From contig CAYMAZ010000008.1 in NCBI GenBank assembly GCA_964388575.1, positions 1,821 to 65,820 on the forward strand: a stretch of 64,000 nt of DNA, written 5' to 3'. The translations under genes were made by a program, and so were the position numbers. Below are positions 27,781 through 37,739 of this stretch, in pieces. The stretch comes from an uncultured Bacteroidales bacterium. GTDB taxonomy: Bacteria; Bacteroidota; Bacteroidia; Bacteroidales; DTU049. The notes below the pieces were generated by a model. That model searched no databases and was not told the origin of the DNA. It saw only the letters and a list, made by a program, of their open reading frames with translations. Within the stretch, counting starts at the first letter, position 1; the number at the start of each line of letters is the position of its first letter.

Positions 27781-29078
27781 AAAACATTCTTGTGTATACA
27801 GAAAATCCCTGTGTAAGAACACAATATATTGCAGATACACTTCTGACCAATTTTCAGGGTATTGGTGTTGAAATCACACATTCTCCGGATGTGTTTCTTC
27901 AGGCTGATAACCCAAAATTCTCATATCTTCCAAGAGGGCTTGATCACATTCCCAATATCCTCAACAGCAATACAATCTGGAATGATTCAATATATCATCT
28001 CACATTGCCAAAAACTTCATTTACTGAACTTAAAGGATTACACAATGATACTGATGTGTTATCAATTGGTTTTTTTCTGCTGTCAAGAGCTGAAGAGTAT
28101 GTTTCACAAAATCATGATAAGCACGGTAGATACCGATCATCCGAATCTGAAGCTGCAAAAGCTCAGTTACTTCAGACACCACTTGTGGATATGATTTCTG
28201 AACATCTGGTAAAGTGGCTCCAATCCTTTTATCCTGATCTCACATCAAATCCAAAACCAAATCGAACCATTCTTACTTTTGACATTGACATGGCATATGC
28301 CATTCTTGGGAAGCCATTCATAAGACAGGCTGGTGGTACTTTTCTTGAACTTATTTCGGGTCATTTCTCAAAATTAAAAGACAGGATTCAAATCCTTCAG
28401 CACAAAAAATCCGATCCGTTTGATGTATATCGTTACCTTGAAAAACTTGCTGCTGAAACCGGATTACCAATGATTTTCTTTTTCAATATGTGTTCACATG
28501 GTAGATTTGACAAAGCCATCAACACTAAACACAAAATGTTCAGAAATCTTGTCCAAAGAGTTTCTGAATTTGCTGAAATTGGACTTCATCCCTCATACAT
28601 AGGAGGCCAGAATGCAGAAACCATCATTGCTGAAAAACAGATACTTGAAAACATAACCGGTAGAGAAATACAACATAGCCGTCAGCATTTTCTCAAGCTT
28701 CACATTCCAAAAACTGTTAGAGCATTGGCCAGGGCAGGCATTAAAAATGATTATACAATGGGGTTTGCCGAAACACCCGGCTGGAGAGCCGGAACCACGA
28801 AACCATTCAGAATTTTTGATATTCAGCAAAATGCAATAACGACAGTAACAACACATCCTATTTCATTTATGGATGGGACCCTAAGAGAATATCTCGATTT
28901 GACTCCTGAAAAAGCAATCCAACAGATATTTGAAATTAAAAAAATCACAGAACAGCATTCCGGCATATTCATTCCTTTGTGGCACAATGAAACCATCAGC
29001 GAAACAGGCAAATGGAAGCAATGGCGCAGTTGTGTCTTTGAACCCATGATCGAACAAATAATAAAGAATCAAACATGA
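27777..29078 (+). CDS. Hypothetical protein, possibly a divergent polysaccharide deacetylase-like enzyme
   Basis: About 433 aa. NodB-like candidates TFDIDMAY and IGLHPSY. The N-terminus (LKNILVYTENPCVRTQYIADTLL) resembles N-termini I recall from Bacteroidetes deacetylase-family proteins. TTG start overlaps the upstream stop. Confidence 0.4.
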   Translation: MKNILVYTENPCVRTQYIADTLLTNFQGIGVEITHSPDVFLQADNPKFSYLPRGLDHIPNILNSNTIWNDSIYHLTLPKTSFTELKGLHNDTDVLSIGFFLLSRAEEYVSQNHDKHGRYRSSESEAAKAQLLQTPLVDMISEHLVKWLQSFYPDLTSNPKPNRTILTFDIDMAYAILGKPFIRQAGGTFLELISGHFSKLKDRIQILQHKKSDPFDVYRYLEKLAAETGLPMIFFFNMCSHGRFDKAINTKHKMFRNLVQRVSEFAEIGLHPSYIGGQNAETIIAEKQILENITGREIQHSRQHFLKLHIPKTVRALARAGIKNDYTMGFAETPGWRAGTTKPFRIFDIQQNAITTVTTHPISFMDGTLREYLDLTPEKAIQQIFEIKKITEQHSGIFIPLWHNETISETGKWKQWRSCVFEPMIEQIIKNQT

Positions 29079-29998
29079 TACGTCTGTTAAGACATCACGA
29101 GATTAATATGAACAAATGGGATGAGTGCATCCTCACATCTCCGGGAGGCACTGTGTATGCTTTTTCGTGGTATCTTAATCATGTGGCAGGTCAATGGGAT
29201 GCCATTGTTGAAGATGACTATCAGTCTGTTTTTCCGTTACCAAGGAAAAAAAAATTTGGTATCAAATACGCACTTCAACCTTTTTGGACACAGCAACTTG
29301 GCTTGTTTTCCAAAAATATTATCACTCCGGAAAAAAGTATTCAGTTTCTTAACGAAGCATTCAGGAATGTTTTATATTTTGACATGAATCTGAACAATTT
29401 GCAGACACTTCCTCAGAATTATAGTTTCAAATTAATTGAAAATAACAATTTTCAACTTCAACTTTTTCAAAGTTATGAACAGATACATGCAGCATATTCT
29501 GACAATCTGAAGCGAAAACTTAGAAAAGCTCGGGATCTGATTTTAATTGAAAACATCTCTCATGAACCAATCATCAGTATGTTTCGAAAGTATAGAGGGA
29601 GAAGCATTCATAAACTCGATGAATCGGCTTATAAAAGATTTACAGCATTGATCTATCATTGCAGAAGCAATGGTGTTGCAAAAATTATCGGTGTTTCAGA
29701 TAAAACAAACACTTTGCTTTGTGGAGCTATTTTTTTAATAATGAAAGATAAAGCCATTTTGATTTTCAGTGCGGTCAGTGATGTTGGGCGTGAAAAGTCA
29801 GCCATGCCATGGCTCATCGACGGCTTTATTGCTCATAACCAGCAAAAAACAATAACTCTTGATTTTGAAGGGAGCAACGATCCAAATCTCGCAAGATTTT
29901 ACAAAAGTTTTGGAGCCACCAATGTCCCTTATCTGAGAATAATAAAGAATAAACTACCTCTTCCCGATACATTTATCCATTTGTTGAGAAAGAAATAA
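29075..29998 (+). CDS. Hypothetical protein, FemAB/CelD-like GNAT-fold candidate
   Basis: 307 aa. ATGA start/stop overlap with the upstream gene. Layout (SWYLN...; NLKRKLRKARD; ...FEGSNDPNLARFYKSFGA) is reminiscent of Acetyltransf_6/FemAB-like proteins. Weak call. Confidence 0.35.
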   Translation: MIRLLRHHEINMNKWDECILTSPGGTVYAFSWYLNHVAGQWDAIVEDDYQSVFPLPRKKKFGIKYALQPFWTQQLGLFSKNIITPEKSIQFLNEAFRNVLYFDMNLNNLQTLPQNYSFKLIENNNFQLQLFQSYEQIHAAYSDNLKRKLRKARDLILIENISHEPIISMFRKYRGRSIHKLDESAYKRFTALIYHCRSNGVAKIIGVSDKTNTLLCGAIFLIMKDKAILIFSAVSDVGREKSAMPWLIDGFIAHNQQKTITLDFEGSNDPNLARFYKSFGATNVPYLRIIKNKLPLPDTFIHLLRKK

Positions 29999-30117
29999 TT
30001 AAACAGAAATTCACAAAACACCTTTTTTAGCCCTGTAAAAATCAACTGAAGATAATTGTTTTGAAATTGATTTTGTTCAAAACATCAGAAAAATCATTAT
30101 TCTTCCATATTTTTTTT

Positions 30118-30125
30118 TAAATTTG
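30118..30125 (+). promoter_or_regulatory. Putative -7 box (TAAATTTG)
   Basis: Exact TAnnTTTG match 17 nt upstream of ATG 30143. Confidence 0.45.
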
Positions 30126-30142
30126 CACAAACAAACTCGCCT

Positions 30143-32128
30143 ATGCATTCTGAGTTGTTGCAGTCTCTTGTTATCATTTTCGGAGTTTCTGCATTTACTG
30201 TATTCATATTAAACAGATTCAAGATTCCTTCAGTTGCCGGATTTCTGCTGGCGGGTATACTGATCGGACCCCATGCACTCGGATGGATTTCAGTCATTGA
30301 GGAAATCGAACTTTTTGCAGAGGTTGGTGTTATTTTGTTATTGTTTACAATTGGAATGGAATTTTCCCTGAAAAAACTGTTAAGAATGCGACGTGTAGTT
30401 TTTGGATCGGGCTTATTTCAGGTCATCACAACAATCATTTCCACCTTTCTTATTGCATATGTTTTTTATGATTTACCTTTTGCAAAGGCTGTTTTCTGGG
30501 GTTTTCTCATTGCACTGAGCAGTACTGCTATTGTAGTGAAATCCATAGCTGACAATAATGAAAGCACATCACCACAGGGCAGAGCAATGATCGGAATAGT
30601 CCTGTTCCAGGACCTCAGTGTTGTACTCTTCATTGTTCTAATTCCATTAATGGGAGGAAATATTGAATTTTCAATTACAGAGACAGCAATCATCATTTTA
30701 AAAGCAATTGCGGTTATAGTGTTTGTTATTGCCGGTTCAAGATGGCTTGTCCCATTCATTTTTGATCAGATTGTCAAAACAAAAAGCCGTGAGTTGTTTA
30801 TTATATCCATTATTTTGTTTTGTGTGGGAACAGCAATGTTTACGAATGTCATGGGACTGTCATTATCCCTCGGGGCCTTTCTGGCAGGCATGATGCTTTC
30901 CGAATCTGATTATGCTTATCAGGCAATGGCTGACATTGTACCGTTTAAAGAAAGTTTTATCGGCTTATTTTTTGTATCAGTTGGTATGCTTCTAAACGTT
31001 ACATTTGCTGCCAATCATCTGTTTCTGATTTTACTTTTCTTTTTTGCAATTATAATCATCAAAGCAATTGTTGGCTTCATTGCTGTAAAGTTAGCAGGCT
31101 TTACAACAAGAATCTCAATTATATCAGGACTTGGCATCGCTCAGATAGGTGAATTTTCTTTCGTTCTGGCAATGGAGGGAAGATTAAACGGTTTGATGAG
31201 CGTCGAGTTATATCAGATTTTTATTGCAACAAGTGTTTTATCCATGTTTGCGACTCCATTCATCCTGAAAAGTTCTCCGGCAATTGCCACCTGGATTTTA
31301 AAAAAGATTCAAAAGAGTTATTTTAAAAATCATCAGATATCAAAATATTCTCAGGAGTTTCTGAGCAGAGACTCAAAAAGCGACCATGTCATCATTGCGG
31401 GCTTTGGATTTAACGGACGAAACCTGGCTAACATTCTAAAACAAGCAGAAATTCCCTATACGATTCTTGATATTGACATGAACCTTGTAAAACAATACAA
31501 GCGAAAAGGGGAACCCATATTTTACGGTGATGCATCCTCTCAGGATGTTCTGGATCATCTTGGAATTAAAAAGGCAAAAATGCTGGTAGTCACAATTTCC
31601 AATCCGATTGTTCAACGAATTATTATCAGCAATGCCAGAACTCTTAGTAAATGCCTATACATTCTTGTTCGCACAAAACATGTCAGATCAGTTACAGAAC
31701 TAAAAAACACAGGCGCCAATGATGTTATTCCTGAAGAATTTGAGACATCTCTGGAATTTTTTCACAGAGTATTTCTCTATTACAATGTCTCATCCGAAAC
31801 AATAGAAAGTACACTCGAAACCATCAGGCAAAACAACTACTCCCTGCTTCGGAACTCAAGTGAAGACAAAATGGTGCTACTTGGTAAACTTCAATGCATT
31901 CCGGAAGTTGATATCAGATCTGTAAAAATTTCCAAATACTCCAGTCACATAGGTAAAACAATCCGAGAGCTGAATGTACGCCAGGTGACTGGAGTTTCTA
32001 TACTGGCAATCCGAAGGGGTGATGAACTGATAACAACTCCTAACCTGGAAACTCCACTGCAGGCCAATGATATTCTTTTGTTCACAGGTGATAATCAAAG
32101 CATCACAAAAGCCCTGGGATTCTTTTAA
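30143..32128 (+). CDS. CPA2-family monovalent cation:proton antiporter with TrkA-N and TrkA-C (RCK) domains (KefB/KefC-like)
   Basis: 661 aa. About 12-13 TM helices (GFLLAGILIGP), a Rossmann GFGFNGRNLA motif, and a C-terminal RCK_C segment (GKTIRELNVRQVTGVSILAIRRGDELI). Confidence 0.88.
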   Translation: MHSELLQSLVIIFGVSAFTVFILNRFKIPSVAGFLLAGILIGPHALGWISVIEEIELFAEVGVILLLFTIGMEFSLKKLLRMRRVVFGSGLFQVITTIISTFLIAYVFYDLPFAKAVFWGFLIALSSTAIVVKSIADNNESTSPQGRAMIGIVLFQDLSVVLFIVLIPLMGGNIEFSITETAIIILKAIAVIVFVIAGSRWLVPFIFDQIVKTKSRELFIISIILFCVGTAMFTNVMGLSLSLGAFLAGMMLSESDYAYQAMADIVPFKESFIGLFFVSVGMLLNVTFAANHLFLILLFFFAIIIIKAIVGFIAVKLAGFTTRISIISGLGIAQIGEFSFVLAMEGRLNGLMSVELYQIFIATSVLSMFATPFILKSSPAIATWILKKIQKSYFKNHQISKYSQEFLSRDSKSDHVIIAGFGFNGRNLANILKQAEIPYTILDIDMNLVKQYKRKGEPIFYGDASSQDVLDHLGIKKAKMLVVTISNPIVQRIIISNARTLSKCLYILVRTKHVRSVTELKNTGANDVIPEEFETSLEFFHRVFLYYNVSSETIESTLETIRQNNYSLLRNSSEDKMVLLGKLQCIPEVDIRSVKISKYSSHIGKTIRELNVRQVTGVSILAIRRGDELITTPNLETPLQANDILLFTGDNQSITKALGFF

Positions 32129-32142
32129 ATTATTTTGATTTT

Positions 32143-33048
32143 TCACGCATCATCCTTGGGAATTCTTGATTCTGTTGCAGATACTGTTTGTGATAGTCGC
32201 TGAATCCGGACACTGATATCTCTGAATTGATCCTGATTTTTTGCTTGATTCAGTAAGATTGTCTTTGTTGTTTCTTCTTTAATTTCGCTGATTTTTTCAC
32301 TTAAAAGGCTCAGATTTTCTGCCATTCCATTCAATGATTCAAGCGTTTTTAGTTGATCATTCTGTTCTTTCTGCATTTCTTTAATTTTCTGTCTTAATTC
32401 CGAAAGCTGCTGCTCAGTCAAGGTATTCAATTTGTCAATTTTTTCCTTTGAACTCAGATTCATTGCATTCACAGATTCATTAACCTCCAGAATTTTTTGT
32501 TGAAGATCGCGGCTTAACTCCTGAACCTGAGCTGTTGCAAGAAGTGTGCTGTTATCAACCATCGATATTGTTTCGTTCTTAAGATCTTTCATACATTTAT
32601 GCTGAAATAGATCAAAATCTTTTAAAAGTTTCGAATAATAAAAAAAGATAAATACTACTCCAAGAATGCAGGTAAATAAAAAAATATATACAATGAGGAA
32701 ATGTATTTTCTGACGTTTATGAATTTTTTCTCTTAATTTTTTTTGATTTTCAACGGCATCATTGATAAGAACGATATCTTTGCGAATGTCATCCTGAAAT
32801 TTTAAAAATTGCTTGCTCATGAGTTGTGTGCTTTTCTCGTGTGAAGAAACAAAACCGGACATTTCTTCATTAAGTTTTTTATCCATTTCAATCTGACTGT
32901 TTTGAATATTTTTAATATGCCGGTCATTTTGCTTCACTCCATTTGACAATTCATTAATTGTTTGCACCATTGATGATATATCTTCGGTTTGAGCAGCTGA
33001 GACCAATACGAACATCAAACAAAACATTAAAATATAAAATTTTTTCAT
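32143..33048 (-). CDS. Coiled-coil membrane protein, function unknown
   Basis: Signal peptide, a central TM helix (IHFLIVYIFLFTCILGVVFIFFYY) and long heptad-like Q/E/K-rich segments on both sides. Confidence 0.5.
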   Translation of the reverse strand: MKKFYILMFCLMFVLVSAAQTEDISSMVQTINELSNGVKQNDRHIKNIQNSQIEMDKKLNEEMSGFVSSHEKSTQLMSKQFLKFQDDIRKDIVLINDAVENQKKLREKIHKRQKIHFLIVYIFLFTCILGVVFIFFYYSKLLKDFDLFQHKCMKDLKNETISMVDNSTLLATAQVQELSRDLQQKILEVNESVNAMNLSSKEKIDKLNTLTEQQLSELRQKIKEMQKEQNDQLKTLESLNGMAENLSLLSEKISEIKEETTKTILLNQAKNQDQFRDISVRIQRLSQTVSATESRIPKDDA

Positions 33049-33268
33049 AATTTAAATTTTTATGATAATTTGCAAATTGTCACACAATTCAAATGCAATA
33101 CAAGCATAAAACATGTGTTCGTCGTGAAAAACTTTGTAAATATACAATAATAATAATCTTATTGCAATTTTTTTTTGCAAAACACAATTGATAAACCACG
33201 CATCTCGCTCACAATGAAAAACTTACAATGCAAAAAAACTCAATTGGGACTTGACCGAGAAGTGAAGT

Positions 33269-35194
33269 TTAAACCATTTCGGTTGGTAAAATTTCTGATG
33301 CAACGACAGCTTCTGCATTTTCATCATTAATATCAGACTCATATCTGAGGTTATCAATGATAAAATCCTGTCTCTCAGGAGTATTCTTTCCCATATAAAA
33401 CGAGAGCATATCTTTAATTGAATATTCTTTTTTCAGAATAATTGGTTCAAGTCGCATTGAGCTGCCGATGAAGTGTTTAAACTCATCAGGTGAGATTTCG
33501 CCAAGACCCTTAAATCGGGTAATTTCTGAATTTTTACCAAGGGTTTCAACAGCTTTTCTCTTCTCATCCCCGTTGTAACAATACATTGTTTTTTGTCTGT
33601 TTCTGACCCTGAACAATGGAGTTTGAAGGATATACAAATGTCCTGCACGAACCAGATCAGGAAAAAACTGAAGAAAAAAAGTTAACAGGAGTAATCTGAT
33701 GTGCATCCCATCTACATCAGCATCTGTGGCAATCACAACATTATTATAGCGAAGGTTTTCAATACCATCTTCAATGTTCAGGGCTGACTGTAAAAGATTA
33801 AATTCTTCATTTTCATAAACCAGTTTTTTTGTCTGACCATATGAATTAAGGGGTTTCCCTTTCAGGCTGAATACGGCCTGTGTGTTAACATCCCTGGATT
33901 TGGTGATGGAGCCGCTGGCAGAATCTCCTTCTGTTATAAACAGTGTGGTTTCAAGCTTACGGTTATTATTTTGGTCTGTGAGATGAATGCGACAATCACG
34001 AAGTTTTTTATTATGCAAACTGACTTTTTTAATACTTTCTTTTGAAAGTTTTTTGATATTTGCCATCTCCTTTCGCTCTTTCTCGCTTTGAAGAATTTTG
34101 GTTTGCAAAGCTTCGCTCACTTCAGGATTCATATGCAGATAATTGTCAAGATGTTTTTTGACAATTTCGTTGATATAATACCTGATCGTTCTGCCATTTG
34201 GTTCCATGTGCTGCGATCCCAACTTGGTTTTGGTCTGTGATTCAAACACTGGCTCATGAATTTTGATACTGAGCGCTGCCGAAATCGACGATCTGATATC
34301 TGATGAATCGAAATCCTTTCTGAAAAACTCACGAATTGTTTTCACCAGTGCTTCCTTGAATGCAGCAACATGTGTCCCCCCCTGAGAAGTGTATTGTCCA
34401 TTCACAAAAGAATAGTAATCTTCACCGTACTGATTTGAAATATGTGTAAAAGCAAATTCAAAATCCTTATCTTCAATATGAATGATCGGATAAAGTGTTT
34501 CACCTGAAATATTGTGTTCGAGAAGGTCAAGCAAGCCCTTCTGAGACTGAAAGACCTGCTTGTTGAAGATGATTTTTAGATTTCTGTTCAAAAAAGCATA
34601 ATTCCACAATTGTTTCTCAACATATTCATCTAAATATTCATAATCTCCAAATATATCAGGATCTGGGGTGAACCTGACTTCTGTACCGTTTGGTTTATTT
34701 GTTTTTTCATTTATCGTTTGTATAAGAACTCCACCGTCTGTGAATTCAGCATACGATGTTTCTCCATCACGAAAAGACTGAACCAAAAAACTTCTGGAAA
34801 GTGCATTCACAGCTTTTACACCAACACCGTTGAGTCCCACTGTTCTTTTAAAGGCTTCAGAATCATACTTTGCCCCGGTATTCATTTTTGATACAACATC
34901 GACCACACTGCCAAGCGGAATGCCACGACCATAATCACGAACTAAAACTGATTTGTTATCGGTAATTTCAATTTCAATCTTTTTTCCATAACCCATGATG
35001 TATTCATCAATACTGTTATCGATCACTTCCTTCATCAAAACATAAATACCGTCATCTCTTGATGAGCCATCGCCTAGTTTCCCGATGTACATTCCGGGAC
35101 GCAACCTGATATGTTCTTTCCAATCCAGTGTTTGAATACTGGATTCACTGTAATTGCCGTTGCCGTTCCCGTTACTGTTTTCAATAATATCCAT
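33269..35194 (-). CDS. parE: DNA topoisomerase IV subunit B
   Basis: [27 protein letters not shown] ATPase motifs ([15 protein letters not shown]), Toprim motifs ([14 protein letters not shown]). Start taken as ATG 35194; the track uses TTG 35203, which sits inside a -7 box. Confidence 0.9.
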   Translation of the reverse strand: MDIIENSNGNGNGNYSESSIQTLDWKEHIRLRPGMYIGKLGDGSSRDDGIYVLMKEVIDNSIDEYIMGYGKKIEIEITDNKSVLVRDYGRGIPLGSVVDVVSKMNTGAKYDSEAFKRTVGLNGVGVKAVNALSRSFLVQSFRDGETSYAEFTDGGVLIQTINEKTNKPNGTEVRFTPDPDIFGDYEYLDEYVEKQLWNYAFLNRNLKIIFNKQVFQSQKGLLDLLEHNISGETLYPIIHIEDKDFEFAFTHISNQYGEDYYSFVNGQYTSQGGTHVAAFKEALVKTIREFFRKDFDSSDIRSSISAALSIKIHEPVFESQTKTKLGSQHMEPNGRTIRYYINEIVKKHLDNYLHMNPEVSEALQTKILQSEKERKEMANIKKLSKESIKKVSLHNKKLRDCRIHLTDQNNNRKLETTLFITEGDSASGSITKSRDVNTQAVFSLKGKPLNSYGQTKKLVYENEEFNLLQSALNIEDGIENLRYNNVVIATDADVDGMHIRLLLLTFFLQFFPDLVRAGHLYILQTPLFRVRNRQKTMYCYNGDEKRKAVETLGKNSEITRFKGLGEISPDEFKHFIGSSMRLEPIILKKEYSIKDMLSFYMGKNTPERQDFIIDNLRYESDINDENAEAVVASEILPTEMV

Positions 35195-35200
35195 ATTTTG

Positions 35201-35208
35201 CAAAATTA
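35201..35208 (-). promoter_or_regulatory. Putative -7 box (TAATTTTG) only 6 nt from the parE ATG
   Basis: Exact TAnnTTTG match on the minus strand; reads ctgacTAATTTTGcaaaatATG. Confidence 0.35.
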
Positions 35209-35359
35209 GTCAGAATCATTGATTTGTCAACGGTTTTAATTAAAAAATTCAACAAAATTATTAACACTCTGAACACAAATACAAATGGTTCACTGTACAG
35301 AAATTCGGAATTACGGAATGTGAAATTTGTTGAATCATTTTGAATATCCCCGAATACTT

Positions 35360-35827
35360 TTATGATTTACGAAATAGTTCATTATACAAAGGGATATCTC
35401 TAAAAAAGATTACATTTTCTCCTGATATGTCTGCCATAATATGATGCAACCCGTTTGTCAGGAAAAGCCATTTCGCCTTTAGCTGGCGATTATACATACA
35501 CGCCTGATAAAAAACATTTTCATTAACTGTAACTTCCGGAGCTTTACATTCGATAATAACCAGAGGTTGAGCAGATTGATCAAACACAACAGCATCAGCG
35601 CGACGGGAAAGTCGGTTGTACTTCACCTGAATTTCAACAGCTATTCTTCCGGAAGGATAGCCCAGATTCTGCGTCAGGTTATTGAGAAATGACTGTCTGA
35701 CCCATTCTTCCGGAGTAAGTTTCACCCATTGTTTTCTGATTTGATCGAAAATTTCATAGCTCTCATTTTTCAGTCTGACTCTTGGCTGAAACGGTGGCAG
35801 GTTTAGTACGGTCAATTGAAGGCTCAT
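35360..35827 (-). CDS. HsdR N-terminal (restriction-endonuclease-like fold) domain protein, stand-alone
   Basis: About 155 aa. EEWVRQSFLNNLTQNLGYPSGRIAVE...RRADAVVFDQSAQPLVIIECKAP is typical of the small HSDR_N-type proteins. An alternative TTG start is at 35833. Confidence 0.7.
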   Translation of the reverse strand: MSLQLTVLNLPPFQPRVRLKNESYEIFDQIRKQWVKLTPEEWVRQSFLNNLTQNLGYPSGRIAVEIQVKYNRLSRRADAVVFDQSAQPLVIIECKAPEVTVNENVFYQACMYNRQLKAKWLFLTNGLHHIMADISGENVIFFRDIPLYNELFRKS

Positions 35828-35856
35828 TTTCAAAGTTGAAGTTCCTATTTTTTAAC

Positions 35857-35864
35857 TATTTTTG
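35857..35864 (+). promoter_or_regulatory. Putative -7 box (TATTTTTG) for amn-holA-rlmD
   Basis: Exact TAnnTTTG match 56 nt upstream of ATG 35921. Forms the left arm of a perfect 12-bp inverted repeat. Confidence 0.4.
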
Positions 35865-35883
35865 CAAAATATTGCATTCTTTG

Positions 35884-35891
35884 CAAAAATA
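35884..35891 (-). promoter_or_regulatory. Putative -7 box (TATTTTTG) for the HsdR_N-domain gene
   Basis: Exact TAnnTTTG match 56 nt upstream of ATG 35827. Forms the right arm of the same inverted repeat. Confidence 0.4.
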
Positions 35892-35920
35892 ATTTATTTC
35901 ATGAAATAATTCTCAGGCTG

Positions 35921-36706
35921 ATGAAAACAAAAGAAGAAATCGTTCATAACTGGTTACAACGGTATACCGGAGTTTCACTTGAAGAAATTTCAAAACACAT
36001 TCTTCTTGTTAATTTCCATCAGTATCTTGAATTGTTTTCTTCACTTCACAATCATGCCGAAATTAAAGGAATTGACAAGACAATGCCCAATGTCACTGCC
36101 GACGGAATCACTATTATCAATTTTGGAATGGGAAGTGCCAATGCAGCAACCATAATGGATTTGCTTTCTGCTATTGAACCAAAGGCTGTATTATTTCTCG
36201 GAAAATGTGGAGGACTTAAGAAAATCAACAATCTTGGCGACTTAATTCTTCCAATTGCTGCAATCAGAGGAGAGGGAACGTCCAATGACTATTTCCCTCC
36301 CGAAGTTCCTGCTCTGCCAGCATTTAGCCTTCAACGTGCAGTTTCAACGACCATTCGCGATTTTGACCGGGATTACTGGACTGGCACAGTTTTTACAACA
36401 AACCGAAGAGTTTGGGAACATGATGAAGAATTTAAAGACTATCTGCGACGTATCAGATGTATGGGAATAGATATGGAAACTGCAACACTGTTTACTGTCG
36501 GCTTTTACAACCATATCCCAACAGGTGCATTGCTTCTTGTGAGTGACCAGCCCATGGTGCCAGAAGGTGTTAAAACTGAAGAAAGTGATAAAAAGATCAG
36601 TGCCATGTATCTTGAAGACCATCTCAAAATTGGAATTAAAGCCCTTTCTATCATTAAAAACCAGGGGCGTTCAGTGAAACATCTGAAATTTGACAGCAGA
36701 CTTTAA
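35921..36706 (+). CDS. amn: Short-form AMP nucleosidase / PNP_UDP_1-family nucleoside phosphorylase
   Basis: 261 aa. FGMGSANAATIMDLL, GKCGGL, MGIDMETATLF. Confidence 0.75.
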   Translation: MKTKEEIVHNWLQRYTGVSLEEISKHILLVNFHQYLELFSSLHNHAEIKGIDKTMPNVTADGITIINFGMGSANAATIMDLLSAIEPKAVLFLGKCGGLKKINNLGDLILPIAAIRGEGTSNDYFPPEVPALPAFSLQRAVSTTIRDFDRDYWTGTVFTTNRRVWEHDEEFKDYLRRIRCMGIDMETATLFTVGFYNHIPTGALLLVSDQPMVPEGVKTEESDKKISAMYLEDHLKIGIKALSIIKNQGRSVKHLKFDSRL

Positions 36707-36722
36707 CAGCAAACAAGCATTC

Positions 36723-37730
36723 ATGGAAGCCACTTACAGGGAAATCATTTCAGATCTTCAGAAAAAGATTTATCATCCGGTTTATCTTCTTGCAGGAGAG
36801 GAGTCTTATTTCATTGATAAAATCTCGGATGAAATTGAAGAAAAGGTACTTACCCCTGATGAAAAAGAATTTAATCAGGCCGTTCTTTACGGACGTGATA
36901 TTGATGTCCCGACAGTCATAGATCATGTAAAACGATATCCGATGATGTCGAATTATCAGGTTGTAATAATTAAGGAAGCTCAGGATATCCAGGCTATTGA
37001 GCAACTTGCAGCTTATATTGAAAAACCTGTGCCTTCAACCATACTTGTGCTTTGTTACAAAAACAAAACTCCTGATAAAAGACGTTCACTCTATAAATCC
37101 ACACAAAAAAACGGCATTTATTTTGAATCCAAACGGTTACACATTTCCAAAACGCCTGACTGGATCAAAGAATACATGATGAGCATGGGTTACACTATAA
37201 CGAACAAAGCAACCATGCTGATTACCGAGTTTGTTGGAAATGATATAAGTAAGATCACTAACGAAATCAGCAAACTGACTATTAATCTAACTGCAGGCAC
37301 GGAAATAAACGACTCTCACATTGAGCAAAATATTGGCATCAGTAAAGATTACAACATTTTTGAGTTGACAAATGCACTAGGAGTGAAAGATGTTTATAAG
37401 GCAAACCGAATTGTTTTCCATTTTGCTTCTAACAAAAAGGAAGATCCCATATTTTCTGGTGTTCCAATGCTTTTTGAATTTTTCACCAAAGTCTTACTTT
37501 ATCAGGAAAATTCACCCCGTGCAGGTTCAAAAGAACTGGCATCAATTATTGGGGTGAGTCCATATTTCCTTGATCAATATAAAACAGCATCCAAAAATTA
37601 TTCCCGAGAAAAATTAATCAGAATAATCGGTTATCTCAGAGAATATGATTTAAGGGCCAAAGGTGTTGACAACGCTTCAACATCAGGAGGAGAACTGATT
37701 AAAGAATTAATATTTAAGATTTTACACTAA
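36723..37730 (+). CDS. holA: DNA polymerase III subunit delta
   Basis: HPVYLLAGEESYFIDKISDEI and VVIIKEAQ, with length and helical C-terminus typical of HolA. Start moved from TTG 36690 to ATG 36723. Confidence 0.85.
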   Translation: MEATYREIISDLQKKIYHPVYLLAGEESYFIDKISDEIEEKVLTPDEKEFNQAVLYGRDIDVPTVIDHVKRYPMMSNYQVVIIKEAQDIQAIEQLAAYIEKPVPSTILVLCYKNKTPDKRRSLYKSTQKNGIYFESKRLHISKTPDWIKEYMMSMGYTITNKATMLITEFVGNDISKITNEISKLTINLTAGTEINDSHIEQNIGISKDYNIFELTNALGVKDVYKANRIVFHFASNKKEDPIFSGVPMLFEFFTKVLLYQENSPRAGSKELASIIGVSPYFLDQYKTASKNYSREKLIRIIGYLREYDLRAKGVDNASTSGGELIKELIFKILH

Positions 37731-37739
37731 ACACCTCAA

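Noticed and set aside
33269-35203. Alternative call of this gene as gyrB (and of 51875-54610 as gyrA)
   Set aside because: The N-terminal [22 protein letters not shown] motif, and in the partner LDGLKPVQRRLLHAM with a roughly 900-aa length, match my recollection of Bacteroidota ParE and ParC rather than GyrB and GyrA. A phylogenetic placement would settle it.
35360-35833. HsdR N-terminal domain protein considered as a remnant of a type I restriction-modification or defence system
   Set aside because: There is no hsdM, hsdS or helicase part in the window. As far as I recall, small stand-alone proteins of this type are conserved next to holA in Bacteroidota, so I treat it as housekeeping.
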